From Hydrurus foetidus (taxonomy: Eukaryota): 64,000 bases of DNA. Where the stretch lies: NCBI GenBank assembly GCA_900617105.1, contig UYFQ01000600.1, positions 248,001 to 312,000 on the forward strand. Direction: 5' to 3'. Position 1 is the stretch's first letter; the number at the start of each line of letters is the position of its first letter. Under the pieces are notes generated by a model. The model was not told the DNA's origin, made no database searches, and saw nothing but the letters and a program-made list of their open reading frames with translations. The translations under genes were made by a program, and so were the position numbers. Shown piece by piece: positions 23,621-33,282 of this stretch.

Positions 23621-23636
23621 ATAAGGAAGATTTAAC
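23621..23636. promoter_or_regulatory. CtrA-like box ATAA-N7-TTAAC
   Basis: 7/8 match to TTAA-N7-TTAA, 70 bp upstream of the MCP copy A start. Confidence 0.5.
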
Positions 23637-23868
23637 TTTCAACGCCGATCGGCCTGCAGTCCCAGCCCGCGCCGTAGTGACGCAGTGTTTCAGGCCGCTA
23701 CCCACCCTTCTCGGAAGTTGGCGATGTCCGCTCAACGGCAATCACCTTTGCGCTCAGAGCCGACGCACCGGTGGACAGCGCTAGGGCCGTGCCGAGCTGG
23801 GCGACGAAGTGACTGGCAGGAGGCGCTACGCCGCTACCGCCAACCGTTGACTCTCGGCCACCTGCAGA

Positions 23869-23883
23869 GAACAATTGCGGAAC
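23869..23883 (+). promoter_or_regulatory. Alphaproteobacterial LexA (SOS) box GAAC-N7-GAAC
   Basis: Exact GAACaattgcgGAAC, downstream of TTGACT (-35-like, 23847-23852) and 12 bp before an ATG. Confidence 0.8.
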
Positions 23884-23895
23884 ATAAATCCGCTC

Positions 23896-24465
23896 ATGCC
23901 CGATCCCTATTCCCCTCCTCTCGGCTGGACCATCGTGAACGGCATCCTGACGCCCGACCGATCCGTGCGCGGCTACTGGCGCGTCAGCAGGATGTGAAGG
24001 GCCGCTGCGCCAGCGCGATTGCCGCCGAACCTGCCACGTTGACCACGCCCGGCTCCACGAACAGGGCCTCGGGCGTTGAAGATCCAACAGGTCAAACGCC
24101 TCCTCCGATGCGCCCGCCTCGACACATGCGCTTTGGAGTTCCACGAGGACCTGAAGGCGGAGAGCCTCAAGCAGGACCTGACGAGGCGACCGGCAGTGAC
24201 GCTGCGGATCCTCTGCAGGGGAGTGCAGCGCGAGCCGGGCTGTGTCGCCCAAGGCCATGATCGCGAGGCTGAAGAGCGCGGGCAAGGGCGACGAGACGAC
24301 CGAGACGCGGGACATCCCCGCGCTGTTGTCGGCCCCTGTAAGGCGTGCGGCAAGGTCACCTGGGCTGTTGACGTCCTGTGGCCCGACCCCAAGACTATCG
24401 GCGGGAAACGCCAGATCCACGCAGCCCAGGTCGGCCCGCTGCCGAAGGATGGGCTGGAGTTCTAG
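23896..24465 (+). CDS. Cys-rich hypothetical protein, putatively SOS-induced (frameshifted)
   Basis: MPDPYSPPLGWTIVNGILTPDRSVRGY..RC..RDCRRTC..RCARLDTC..CKACGKVTW..PLPKDGLEF pieced across frames. Confidence 0.55.
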
Positions 24466-24476
24466 GGAGACAGAGC

Positions 24477-24685
24477 ATGAACCAGATCATCCCGCCCGCC
24501 AGCTACGGCATCACTTCTTCGGCCTGTACGGGACACATCGCACAGTCAGACAGGGTCGTGCAGCTCGATCATAAGCGGCGTCAGGCTCACGGCGATCTCC
24601 GCCCTTGTATGATGGGGCCAGTGATCAGCACCTCAAGCTTAAGGACCTCCAGGTGTTCGTGGATGAGCCCGCCGGCGTGATGTGA
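24477..24685 (+). CDS. Small hypothetical protein (frameshifted)
   Basis: GGGAG RBS and ATG 11 nt after the previous stop; MNQIIPPASYG..LKDLQVFVDEPAGVM. Confidence 0.4.
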
Positions 24686-24989
24686 CCTGCCGCTAGGGCT
24701 GGGGCGGCGAAAGTCGGAAAGCCGCTTCGCAAGGCCGCCGCGCTTGTCCACGCCCGAACCCAGCGCCATGATCCGGCCTTCCAGTCGCGCGGTAGAGCCC
24801 AAACTTGTGCCGCAGGTCGGGTGATAGGGCGGTAGGCCACCTGCAACAGCGACCCAATACTGGTTCCACTCTGCGATGGTCTTGCGCCGACCAGCGGCGA
24901 TTTAGCTTCTGACATTATCGATTCCTTTAAAAGAGGGTGCAAAGCCCGCCCACGGACCAGCCGAAGCCAGCGCGCAGAGCGGGGAGAAG

Positions 24990-26122
24990 GAGCTGAGTGC
25001 CTGCTTGGTCGCCCCGGCCTCGACGGCGGCCAGCAACGTGTCGTTGTCGAGGTGCGCGTAGCGCTGGGTCGACGATAGCTGGCGTGGCCCAGGACCTTGC
25101 CGACCGCGAACAGGTCGACGCCGCTGTTGACCATGAACGACGCCGCCGAGTGCCGCAGATCATGGAGTCGAAGCCCTGGAAGCTTGGCGACCCGGATTGC
25201 CTGCTGCCAGCCGTTTCTGATCGATACGAAGGGCTTCAGGGTATCGGGGTTCGGCACCAGCCACGTACAGCCTTAAAGCGCAGGGCCTTGATGATCGCCA
25301 AGGCGGCACTCGACAGGGGAACATGCCGGGACTTACCGGTTTTGCTGGTCGGGATCAGCCAGCTCCGACGCTCGACATTGACGTGCTCCCAGCGGGCATC
25401 GAGCAGTTCGCGCAGTCAGGCCCCAACAGCAGCAGCCCGACGATGTGCTGCAGCTGGGGGTTCTGGGACGCCGCCACAGCCTCCCTGAGGCGACCAGCCT
25501 CATGGGCCGACAGAAACCGATGGCGACCGTTGTCTAGAGTCTTACGGGGATGCCACGGGTCGGGTTCTTATCGGAACCGGGCACGTCCCACGCCGAGGCC
25601 AGCACGAACGACCGGCCAAGGATGACCCGAAGCTTCTCGACGGACGCCGGGGCCAGACCTTCGGCGCGCTTCGTCCAGCCATTGAGCGACGGCACGGCTG
25701 TTGATGTCCGTCAGTCGCGTCTTGCCCCTGGGCAGGATATGGACCCGCAGGCACATTTCGGTCGACGCGTACGACTTCTGGGTCTTGGCAAGTCGAGATG
25801 CATGACCGCTAGCTCGGCGTACAGCGGGATGGATTTCGCCAGAGCCTTCTTTCGCGCCGGGGTCACCGCCCAACGACCTCTGACCGCAGCCGTTGAGCCT
25901 CCTTCCTGGCGGCGGTGAGGCTGACATCCTCGAAGCGACCGATCTTGTGCTGCTTCTGGCGTCCGCCCTGGTCTTGATAGCGCAGGTAGAAGGTCCGGCC
26001 GCCGCTGCTGCGGCACTCGAGCGTGAAGCCGGTGATAGTATCGTCGTACCAGTCAGTCTTGGCCTTGCCAGGTTCGCACTGGCGGTTGAGACGAACGCAT
26101 AGTCGAGCTTTGCCTTCGGCAT
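24990..26122 (-). CDS. Tyrosine recombinase/integrase with N-terminal arm-binding domain (frameshifted; 3' end approximate)
   Basis: WYDDTITGF..SSGGRTFYLRY..KIGRF..SLTAARKEA N-terminus; SKTGKSRHVPLS; LRLHDLRHSAAS..LGHA..TQRYAHL catalytic boxes. Confidence 0.93.
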
Positions 26123-26327
26123 GATGGTGTCCTTGCATGGGGGTTCAGACCCAGCGCGCGCGCGTGGGGCCGCGTGAGCGGCAGCGGGTGGTGGGGAAAG
26201 TCTGCGGGCCGGAGCGCCCGACGCCGCCCGGAGGCAGCGGCGTACGGGGAGGCGAAGGGTCGGGCCACCGAAGTAGCTTGAGGGCCTCAGGGGCCGCCGT
26301 TTGGCGCGGCGACCCCGGGGGACCAAG

Positions 26328-26412
26328 GGCAGTTTTTCAGGGTTTCAGTTTCGCGCGCCGCCTAGGGATGGTCTCGACGGGCGCCCCAGAAACTGCGAAA
26401 CTGAAAACTGCC
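26328..26412. repeat. Inverted array of short CAGTTT/AAACTG units, candidate replication origin
   Basis: ggcagtttttcagggtttcagtttcgc ... gaaactgcgaaactgaaaactgcc around a GC-rich core, directly after the ATPase stop. Confidence 0.6.
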
Positions 26413-26416
26413 GGCC

Positions 26417-27569
26417 CTAAGGTACGGGCGTGGTCTGGTCGATCAGGCTATAGGTCCGGATGCCTCGCTTGCCGCGTTCGAAAGCCCATAGGTGCTGGCC
26501 GGGCACGTCTCCCGTGTACCGGTGCAGGACATCAAGCGCCGCCCGGTGGGACATGCGACACGCCTTTGCTGCCGCCTTCGCCAGCACCATCTGACCGCCG
26601 CCGTCGCCCGCACGAATGAGCTTAGCGATGGCTTCCAATAGGCGCGGCTCGTTGGGGTCATCGTGATCGGGCCCGTAGTCTTCCAGGTCATCGGGATCGG
26701 TAAGCGTCACCGACGCCACCTTCTCCTCGTACCGGATGCCCGCCCCGCAGGGTAGGCGTAGCCACAGTCTCGGGGCTGTCGGCTCGACACTTCCTACGGG
26801 TGAACAGCGCTACCCGTTCATCCACGCTGACCTTCGACTTCATGGGTTGGGCGACATAGACGGCGTCGAAGTCTTCCAGGATGTCGGTCGTGCCCTGATA
26901 GCGTGGCGAGCCGTCGGCATTCGGGTTTTAGCGGTATGGCCGAGAGCGACGACGGTGCCACCCGCCATGACGAACTGCCGACAGACGCCGGCGAACTCGC
27001 TGCTTCGCTTCTTGTCCATCAGATCGGTGAACTTCTTCAGCGTGTCGATGACGACGCAGGTGCCGCTTGCGGTGCCCTCCTCGATCTCCTGATTGAGGAC
27101 ATCGATAAGCTGGGCGGGCTTTAGGCCCATGTACCCTGGCGCGAGATGTGTGCGCCAACGTCCTGAAACAGCCGCAACTTGGTTGAGTCCTTCGCTGCTG
27201 TCATCGGCGTTGACGTAGTAGAGCTTCTCGGCAGAGATCCGGCCTTCTGCAATAGCATCGAGGCAAAGCCTTATAACGATCAACGTCTTGCCCGTATTTG
27301 GCTCGGCGTAGATCATTGTGGCCTGCCCTGCAGCACGAACTCGCCGAGTAACGGCTTACAGTCCGCCGCCATGGCTTCAATTTGATCAGCCATGCCCCTC
27401 AAGCTGTATCGGCGAAGAGGGTTCTTCGCTGGAGGCTCTGCAGATTTCGGGAGCTCCAATTGAACTGAAGGTGCCGGGTCGTTGATGGCCTCCTTCTGGG
27501 AATTTCCGCCTGCGGAACCTTGATCTTACCTGGCTCAATTACAATCAAACTTCCAATAGTCTCATTCAT
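26417..27569 (-). CDS. RecA/AAA_25-like P-loop ATPase, putative replication protein (frameshifted)
   Basis: IYAEPNTGKT Walker A, YVNADD, VVIDTLKKF Walker B, VVALGHT. Confidence 0.8.
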
Positions 27570-27925
27570 ACCAGGGGCCTATATCAGTATTCATGTCAAA
27601 GATCAATTCTGTATTCATTACTGAATACGTCTATAGAAATCACAATACCGACTATAAGTGCCTACCAGTATCTGACTTATGTCGTACCTGATATAGAATC
27701 GATTTTTGCTGTCAATGTAGAAGCGAATCTTTCCGATCAATTCGGTTGCTCCAATTGAGCATTTGCAAGGTTACGCACATTTGCTCCGTATATTTATTTT
27801 CTATGAGCTTTAAGCGCCTTTGGCATTCAAACTTCGCCGGAGCCTGTGGAAGGCACTTAGGCTAGGAAACCGGAAACGATCAGCTGAAAGCCTTCAACTG
27901 ACCGTCCCGGAGATTGTTCCTAGGT

Positions 27926-28215
27926 TCAGTGGTGCTCACCGTCACCGATCAGAAGCGGCTGTTTGCGGGACGCACGCCACGCGTCAGACACCACCAAGGC
28001 GATGCAAACGACGCCCAGGACGAGGATGAAGGCCAGCGGTTGCGCCGTAGCCAACCCGAGCACGGCCCAGCTGCCCAGGAACAGCAGGGTGTCGCGTGGA
28101 TGGCTGATGAAGGCGAACACCAGGCCAGCAGCAGCGTGACCATCAGGGCGATGGCTGCCGCTTTGAGCACCGCGAGAACGATGCTCAGAACGATCAACAT
28201 CACGAACCAGTTCAT
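27926..28215 (-). CDS. Small membrane protein (frameshifted)
   Basis: MNWFVMLIVLSIVLAVLKAAAIAL..LAFILVLGVVCIALVV; three hydrophobic stretches. Confidence 0.6.
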
Positions 28216-28231
28216 GTTTTGTTCTCTCGAA

Positions 28232-28606
28232 TCAAGGCGATTGCAGCAGGCCAGGCAGTTGAAGCGCAGGACGAAGTTGGTGTCTGGATGGTCGGCGACG
28301 AACACCAGCATGCCGAAGTCGTCTGTCAGGACATAGGCCAGCTCGAACCACGCGCCATGGTCGTTCATCCACTCGAAGCCTGGCTGGTCCGCCTGCTCCC
28401 AGGTGATCGGATAGCCCACGGCCTCGTGTATGGCTCAGACGTGTCGCCGGGCTGGACAACGACGATCTGGAGAACATCGCCCAGAGGCTGGTGACGTTCA
28501 GTGTCCACCTGCCACACGCGAAGGCCGATCAGGGCGCGTAAGCTAGGGTCCAGGGCGGGGTCTGTGGGGCGGCTGTGACCGCATCGCGGTCGGTCAGGGA
28601 CAGCAT
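28232..28606 (-). CDS. Hypothetical protein (frameshifted)
   Basis: AAGGA RBS; MLSLTDRDAV..IVVVQPGD..FEWMNDHGAWFELAYVLTDDFGMLVFV. Confidence 0.6.
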
Positions 28607-28625
28607 GGCTAGGTCCTTTCTGGCC

Positions 28626-28660
28626 AAAGAAAAAGCCCCGCGACGTTGGTCACGAGGGCT
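28626..28660 (-). terminator. Intrinsic terminator-like hairpin
   Basis: agccctcgtg..cgcggggct followed by ttttcttt on the minus strand. Confidence 0.6.
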
Positions 28661-28704
28661 CAGGTTGGTTGATGGTTAGTGTCTGCGAGGTCTAAGACTT
28701 CGCC

Positions 28705-29027
28705 TTACTTTTTCTTCTGATTTATAAACACATAAGCGTAGTAAGCGCCGGAAATGATGGACAGCAAAACAAGCCAGTTAGTGAACAGCCCCAGCACGCT
28801 CGTACCGTAAAGGAACCAGCGACCCGCAAAGGCTGCGGCCATTGATCTCTGCTCGAAGAACATTTCCCATTGGAACGGAATTAGGAGGCGGAAAATACCC
28901 CTGGTGAATGTCCATACAAATCCGATGAAGTAGATCACGGTTGTGACGGTCAATGACCTCATCAGACGCTGAGGGACACGATCAATAATTGATTTCACAG
29001 CAACTACAATTTTGATTCATCAGTCAT
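28705..29027 (-). CDS. Low-GC small membrane protein (two TM segments)
   Basis: AGGAG RBS before ATG 29027 (needs one indel to join ORF 28705-28998); hydrophobic, aromatic-rich, Lys tail. Confidence 0.55.
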
Positions 29028-29207
29028 CTTATGCTCCTGATACGCTTTATTGCGATCATCATATAAGATGCTGATTTCTGCGCGTTAACTTTGAGGGGCG
29101 CTTAGCGCTTCGTCTGTCTACACCTAAGCGGCTTAGGGCTGCTCGCCCCAAGCTTCTCGTCGAAAGTCGATTCAGCCACCTGGCCTGACGCTAGGCGGCA
29201 CGGCGGT

Positions 29208-31369
29208 TTAGGCGACGCGACGGGTAAATGGCGGACCTCTGTCATTTCGTCGGTGTTGTTGCGCCTCAAGGGAATGACCGACCAGTTCAGACAGTTCCCG
29301 CGCGTCGCGGGTCAGCGACATCGTGGCCGCCGTAGTGTTCGACCATCGCCGCGTTGTGCTGGGTCATCTGATCGAGGTTGGCGATCTCGGTATTGATCTG
29401 GGCGAGGGTGTGGGATTGTTCACGCGCCGAGGCCGCCCGATCTCCAGGACGCAGTCAGCTAGGCTGTCGACGCGGGTGAGGATCCGTCCAGCAGCTTCGC
29501 CCGGGCCTCGGCTTCTCCACCCGCCCTTCACCTGGGTGCTGCTCGCCAGGATCAACGTGCGGATATCCTTTGCCGCCGTGGCGAGCGCTGCGCCAGTTGA
29601 CGAACCTCCATCGCCACAACCGCAAAACCGCGCCCGGCCTCGCCAGCGCGGGCGGCTTCCGCCGGCGTTCAGAGCCAGCAGGTTGGTCTGGAAGGCGATC
29701 TCGTCGATCACACCGATGATCTGGCCGATCTGGCTGGCTGATTTTTCGATTTCCTGGACGGCGTCGACGGTTTGCCAAACGACGCGACTGGCCTCGGCGG
29801 CGACGTGGCGCACATCGGTCAGGGTCAGGGTCGCTGCGTCGGCGGCGGTCGCTGTATGGGCCACGGATGTCGTGGCCTCGTGCAGGAGCCTGCAGAGGCC
29901 TCCTCAAGAGCCGCCTGTTGTTCGGTCCGCCGCGAAGGTCATTGGCGGCGGCGGCAATTTCATCGAAGTGCCGTAAAGGCCCGCGCCCGATGGGCCACCT
30001 GCCCATGGCGACGGCGACCGCCTCGACGGCGACGTTGAAGTTACGTTTCAGGCCATCAACGCCTCGGGCACAGGCCCGGCAATCCGACGGCTGAGATCAT
30101 AGCCGGCCAGGTCGGCCAGAGCCAGACCGAAGGACGCGTTGACCTTGGCTTCATTGGCCTGCTGCGCCTGCGGTCGCGCGCCCTCCAGGCGTTCCGTCGC
30201 TTCGTACCGTTCGGTCGCCAGGACCTGCTCGGCGTTGCGGCGGACCGTTCGTTCGCCTGAAAGGTTTCCAGAGCGGCCGCCATGTCGGCGAACTCATCCT
30301 GGCGCTGGGTGTCTGTGACCACGACGTCGAGATTGCCGCCGGCCAGGTCCCCCATGAGCGCGGTCTGGCGACGCAGGATTCAGGATACTGGCGCTGAGGC
30401 GCTGACTGATCAGGATGGTCAAGGCGGTGAATCCCACGGTCACCAGCAGCACGATGATCAGGCGCGTGTCGCCTCACGCCCGGTCGCCTGCGCCAGGGGC
30501 TTCGACTTCTGTGATGATCTGACCCTGCAGGCGGGCAAGATCGTCAATTCGCGCAGTACTGGCGTCAAACCAGTCTGCCCCGAAATCGTCGTAGGCTGGC
30601 CTGACAGGGCCGACAACTGGAGCCTGCTGGCATGGCATTCACCCGCTGCCAGATGGGGACGTTTTTCCGCCTCGACGACGGCGCAGGCCATGGCCAGGTG
30701 CCGGCAGGACTGGAGCCAGCCAGACCGCCTGTCGCCCTTGCAGCAAAGCCATGGCAGCGACATGTTCCGACGTCAGGATCCCGCTGGAGAAACCCGCCGC
30801 GCCTGCTGCCGCTCCAGTCCTGAGACCTCTTTGGCCTCGACAATGGCGGTCATCGCATCGACTGCGCGGGTCATGTCGGGTGAAAGGGACGCCCCCTCGA
30901 TACGCTCGGTTGTTTCGATCAACGCCCGGACCATCGTCGTATAGTTGGCCACGGCGGCGGCGCGTTGGACCGTTCGGGTATCCACCGTCCTGCGCAAGGC
31001 CGCAGGCCCTCGAGCCAGTACCTGCGCCTCGCCATCGCCGCCTGCATCCGGGTGCCATCCAGGCGCCGGGCCTCGGCGGCCCATTGTACAGACGGACAAG
31101 GCCTTGTCGGTTGTTAAGCGTTGCTTGCTCAGGCGGTCGCTGAACAGGGCCGGATTGGCCGCGCCCAGCAGCCAGAAGTCGTGCCGCGCTCTTTTGCAGC
31201 TGATCAATAGCCCGGCCAGGGGCGCGGCCGAAGTCGGGGTCCGGGTCGCGGACCCGGCGAGGCTGCGCACCTGATAGGCGTCGACGCTGCGGACCATTCC
31301 CGCGAAAATCAACGCCGCGATCGGGACCGAAACCGCGAGCGCCAACCGGTGCTTGATACCGAACTTCAT
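29208..31369 (-). CDS. NIT-domain methyl-accepting chemotaxis protein, copy B (many frameshifts)
   Basis: [51 protein letters not shown]; paralog of copy A. Confidence 0.85.
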
Positions 31370-31632
31370 ACGCCGCCCTACGGCAACCTCCGGGAATGCG
31401 GAGCGCGGATGCACTTCGAAGCATTCGGTCGGTAAGCATAACAAAAACCTTACCGGTTGTTTTCTGATCACTCAATCTCGGCCTGTGACGAAATGGCACA
31501 GCTTGCGTTGAGCAGCGGCGGGTCACGCCCGGCCAGAACGAGGGTCTACCGGAAGGCACCCAGCTGGGACCCACGACGGCCTAAGCGTTAAGGCCTCTCC
31601 GCCCATCGCCGGCCGGTTTCTAGTGGAAGTGG

Positions 31633-31708
31633 TGGTGCCGCTTAGGTGACTCGAACACCTGACCCCATCATTACGAATGATGTGCTCTACCAGCTGAGCT
31701 AAAGCGGC
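31633..31708 (-). tRNA. tRNA-Thr(CGT)
   Basis: 76 nt GCCGCTTTAGCTCAGCTGGTAGAGC..CATCA-TTCGTAA-TGATG..GTTCGAGTC..GGCACCA. Confidence 0.97.
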
Positions 31709-31753
31709 CCACAGCGCGTTGGAGACGAGGCCCCGGCGCGAGGAGGCGCCTAT

Positions 31754-33282
31754 TTAGCGGCGCGCGGGCCGCTTGCCAAGCGTCTACGTGAGACTGTGTT
31801 GCGACGCGGCGCCGGACCCTCGCCGGAAGGCTCGGAAAGCGGCGTGACGTCGAAGACGCCGGGATCGTCGGGATCGGCATCAGAGGACCGCCGACCTCGG
31901 CCGCGCGGACGAACGGCGTCGATTCCACATAGGCCGAAGGCAGTTCGGGCAGGTCGCTCATGGTCCGTTCACGGCGTTCGTGGCGCGGATGGATCAACTC
32001 GCCCGTCTCGGCGAAGCTGACGGCCAGACGGGCCCAGTCCTCGCGGCCATAGGCGAAAGCGCGACCTTCAGGGTCGAGATCGGACCAGTCCGGCTCCTGC
32101 GGCGCGGCGCGGCCCCGGGCAATCCAGGCCCGCGCCTCGTCGGCCTCGCCATTGGCGAAGGCGACACGGGCCATCAGGCCGGCGAAGCGCGCCGTCGGGG
32201 CTTCGTCATCGAGCAGACGGGCTGCGGCGCGAGCGGCGATGGGATCGCCGCCCACCAGGCCGCTCTCGACCCGCAGGATGCGGCTCTCGCGAGCGTCGGG
32301 CTTCATCGCGGCCAGGGCGGCCAGACGCCCGGCCCGGACCTTGGGCGTCTCGCTGGTCTTCAGGTCGCGATAGGCGAGCCAAAGGGCGGGATGCGGCGCG
32401 CTCTTCCAGGCCGTTTCGATCAGTTGCCCGGCCTTGGCGACCTTGCCATCGGCGGTCAGAAGGCGCGCCGCCATCACTGCGCCGGGTACGAAGTCAGGCT
32501 TGAGCTTGACGGCCTGGAGCGCGAAATCGAGCGCCTGGCTCCGCTTGCGCGGATCGTCAGAGCCTTCAAGGCTGGCGGCCGAGGCGGCCAGCAGGGCGGC
32601 GCGCGCCCGCTCGGCGACAACGGGCGGCACGATCTTGCGGTCCAGGGCAGCCTGGGCCAGATCGAGCGCCGACGCCCAGTCGCCCGCCTCGAGCCGGGAT
32701 TCCAGCAGAGCCCGCCAGGCCCAGCGCGCGGTGCGGGCCAGGCCGAAGGCGGTTTCGGCGTGGCGCACGGCGGTCAGCCTGTCGCCCTCGGCCAGGGCGG
32801 TCTGCATCAGGCCGCGCAGGCCGGCCAGCCACATCTCCGGGAAGCCCAGCATGGCGTTGTAGGCGGCCTTGGCGGCCACATGGTCGCCGGCGGCCTCGGC
32901 CGCCTGGGCGGCCAGCACGCGAACCAGGGCGGGCGTGTCCTCGGCGAGGTCCGCCGCCTTCTGCGCCAGCCTCCGGGCCTCGGAGCCGTCGCCTGCGGCC
33001 ACGGCGAGGAAGCCGCGCGACAGGGCCTCGACACCCTGCTGGCGCTTGCTTTCGGCGCGGGCGCGCGACGCGCGACGCGGGCCTCAACCACCAGATCAGG
33101 CCGCGCCACAGAATGGTGGCCAGCAGCGCGGAAAACAGGGTGAGGAGTGCGGCTGCAGCGGCGGTCATCTCGACCCGCCAGCCCATCCAGTCGAGATGGG
33201 CGCGGCCGGGTTCACCCATCAGGGCCAAACTCGCGACGGCGACCGCCGCCACCAGGAACAGGATAAAGGACGCGCGGATCAT
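31754..33282 (-). CDS. hemY: HemY-family membrane/TPR protein (frameshifted)
   Basis: N-terminal TMs, G..ALSRGFLAVAAGDG.EARR, AWKSAPHP; located in the hemC-hemD-COG4223 operon. Confidence 0.8.

Larger units (their letters stand above)
20766..31677. mobile_element. tRNA-Thr-integrated genomic island / satellite-like integrative element (~10.9 kb)
   Basis: 45-bp direct repeats, tyrosine integrase, P-loop ATPase, visibly lower GC, non-core cargo. Confidence 0.93.

Noticed and set aside
24690..24916. Short ORF MSEAKSPLVG..LQVAYRPIT after the integrase as a ParB or methylase fragment
   Set aside because: Resemblance is limited to a few residues; cannot support a family call
29121..29137. cacctaagcggc matching the tRNA-Thr 3' end, plus cctaagcg near 20908 and 31580, as an internal att or arm sites
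   Set aside because: Only 8-12 bp, inverted relative to the att repeats, and the same word occurs outside the island near 51261; compatible with chance
31494..31506. TGGCAC-agc-TTGC as a sigma-54 promoter
   Set aside because: Spacer is 3 nt rather than 5 and it points away from the neighbouring MCP
20766..31677. Prophage, ICE or CRISPR/defence island interpretation
   Set aside because: No structural phage genes, relaxase/T4SS, cas genes, repeat-spacer array or recognisable defence domains were seen
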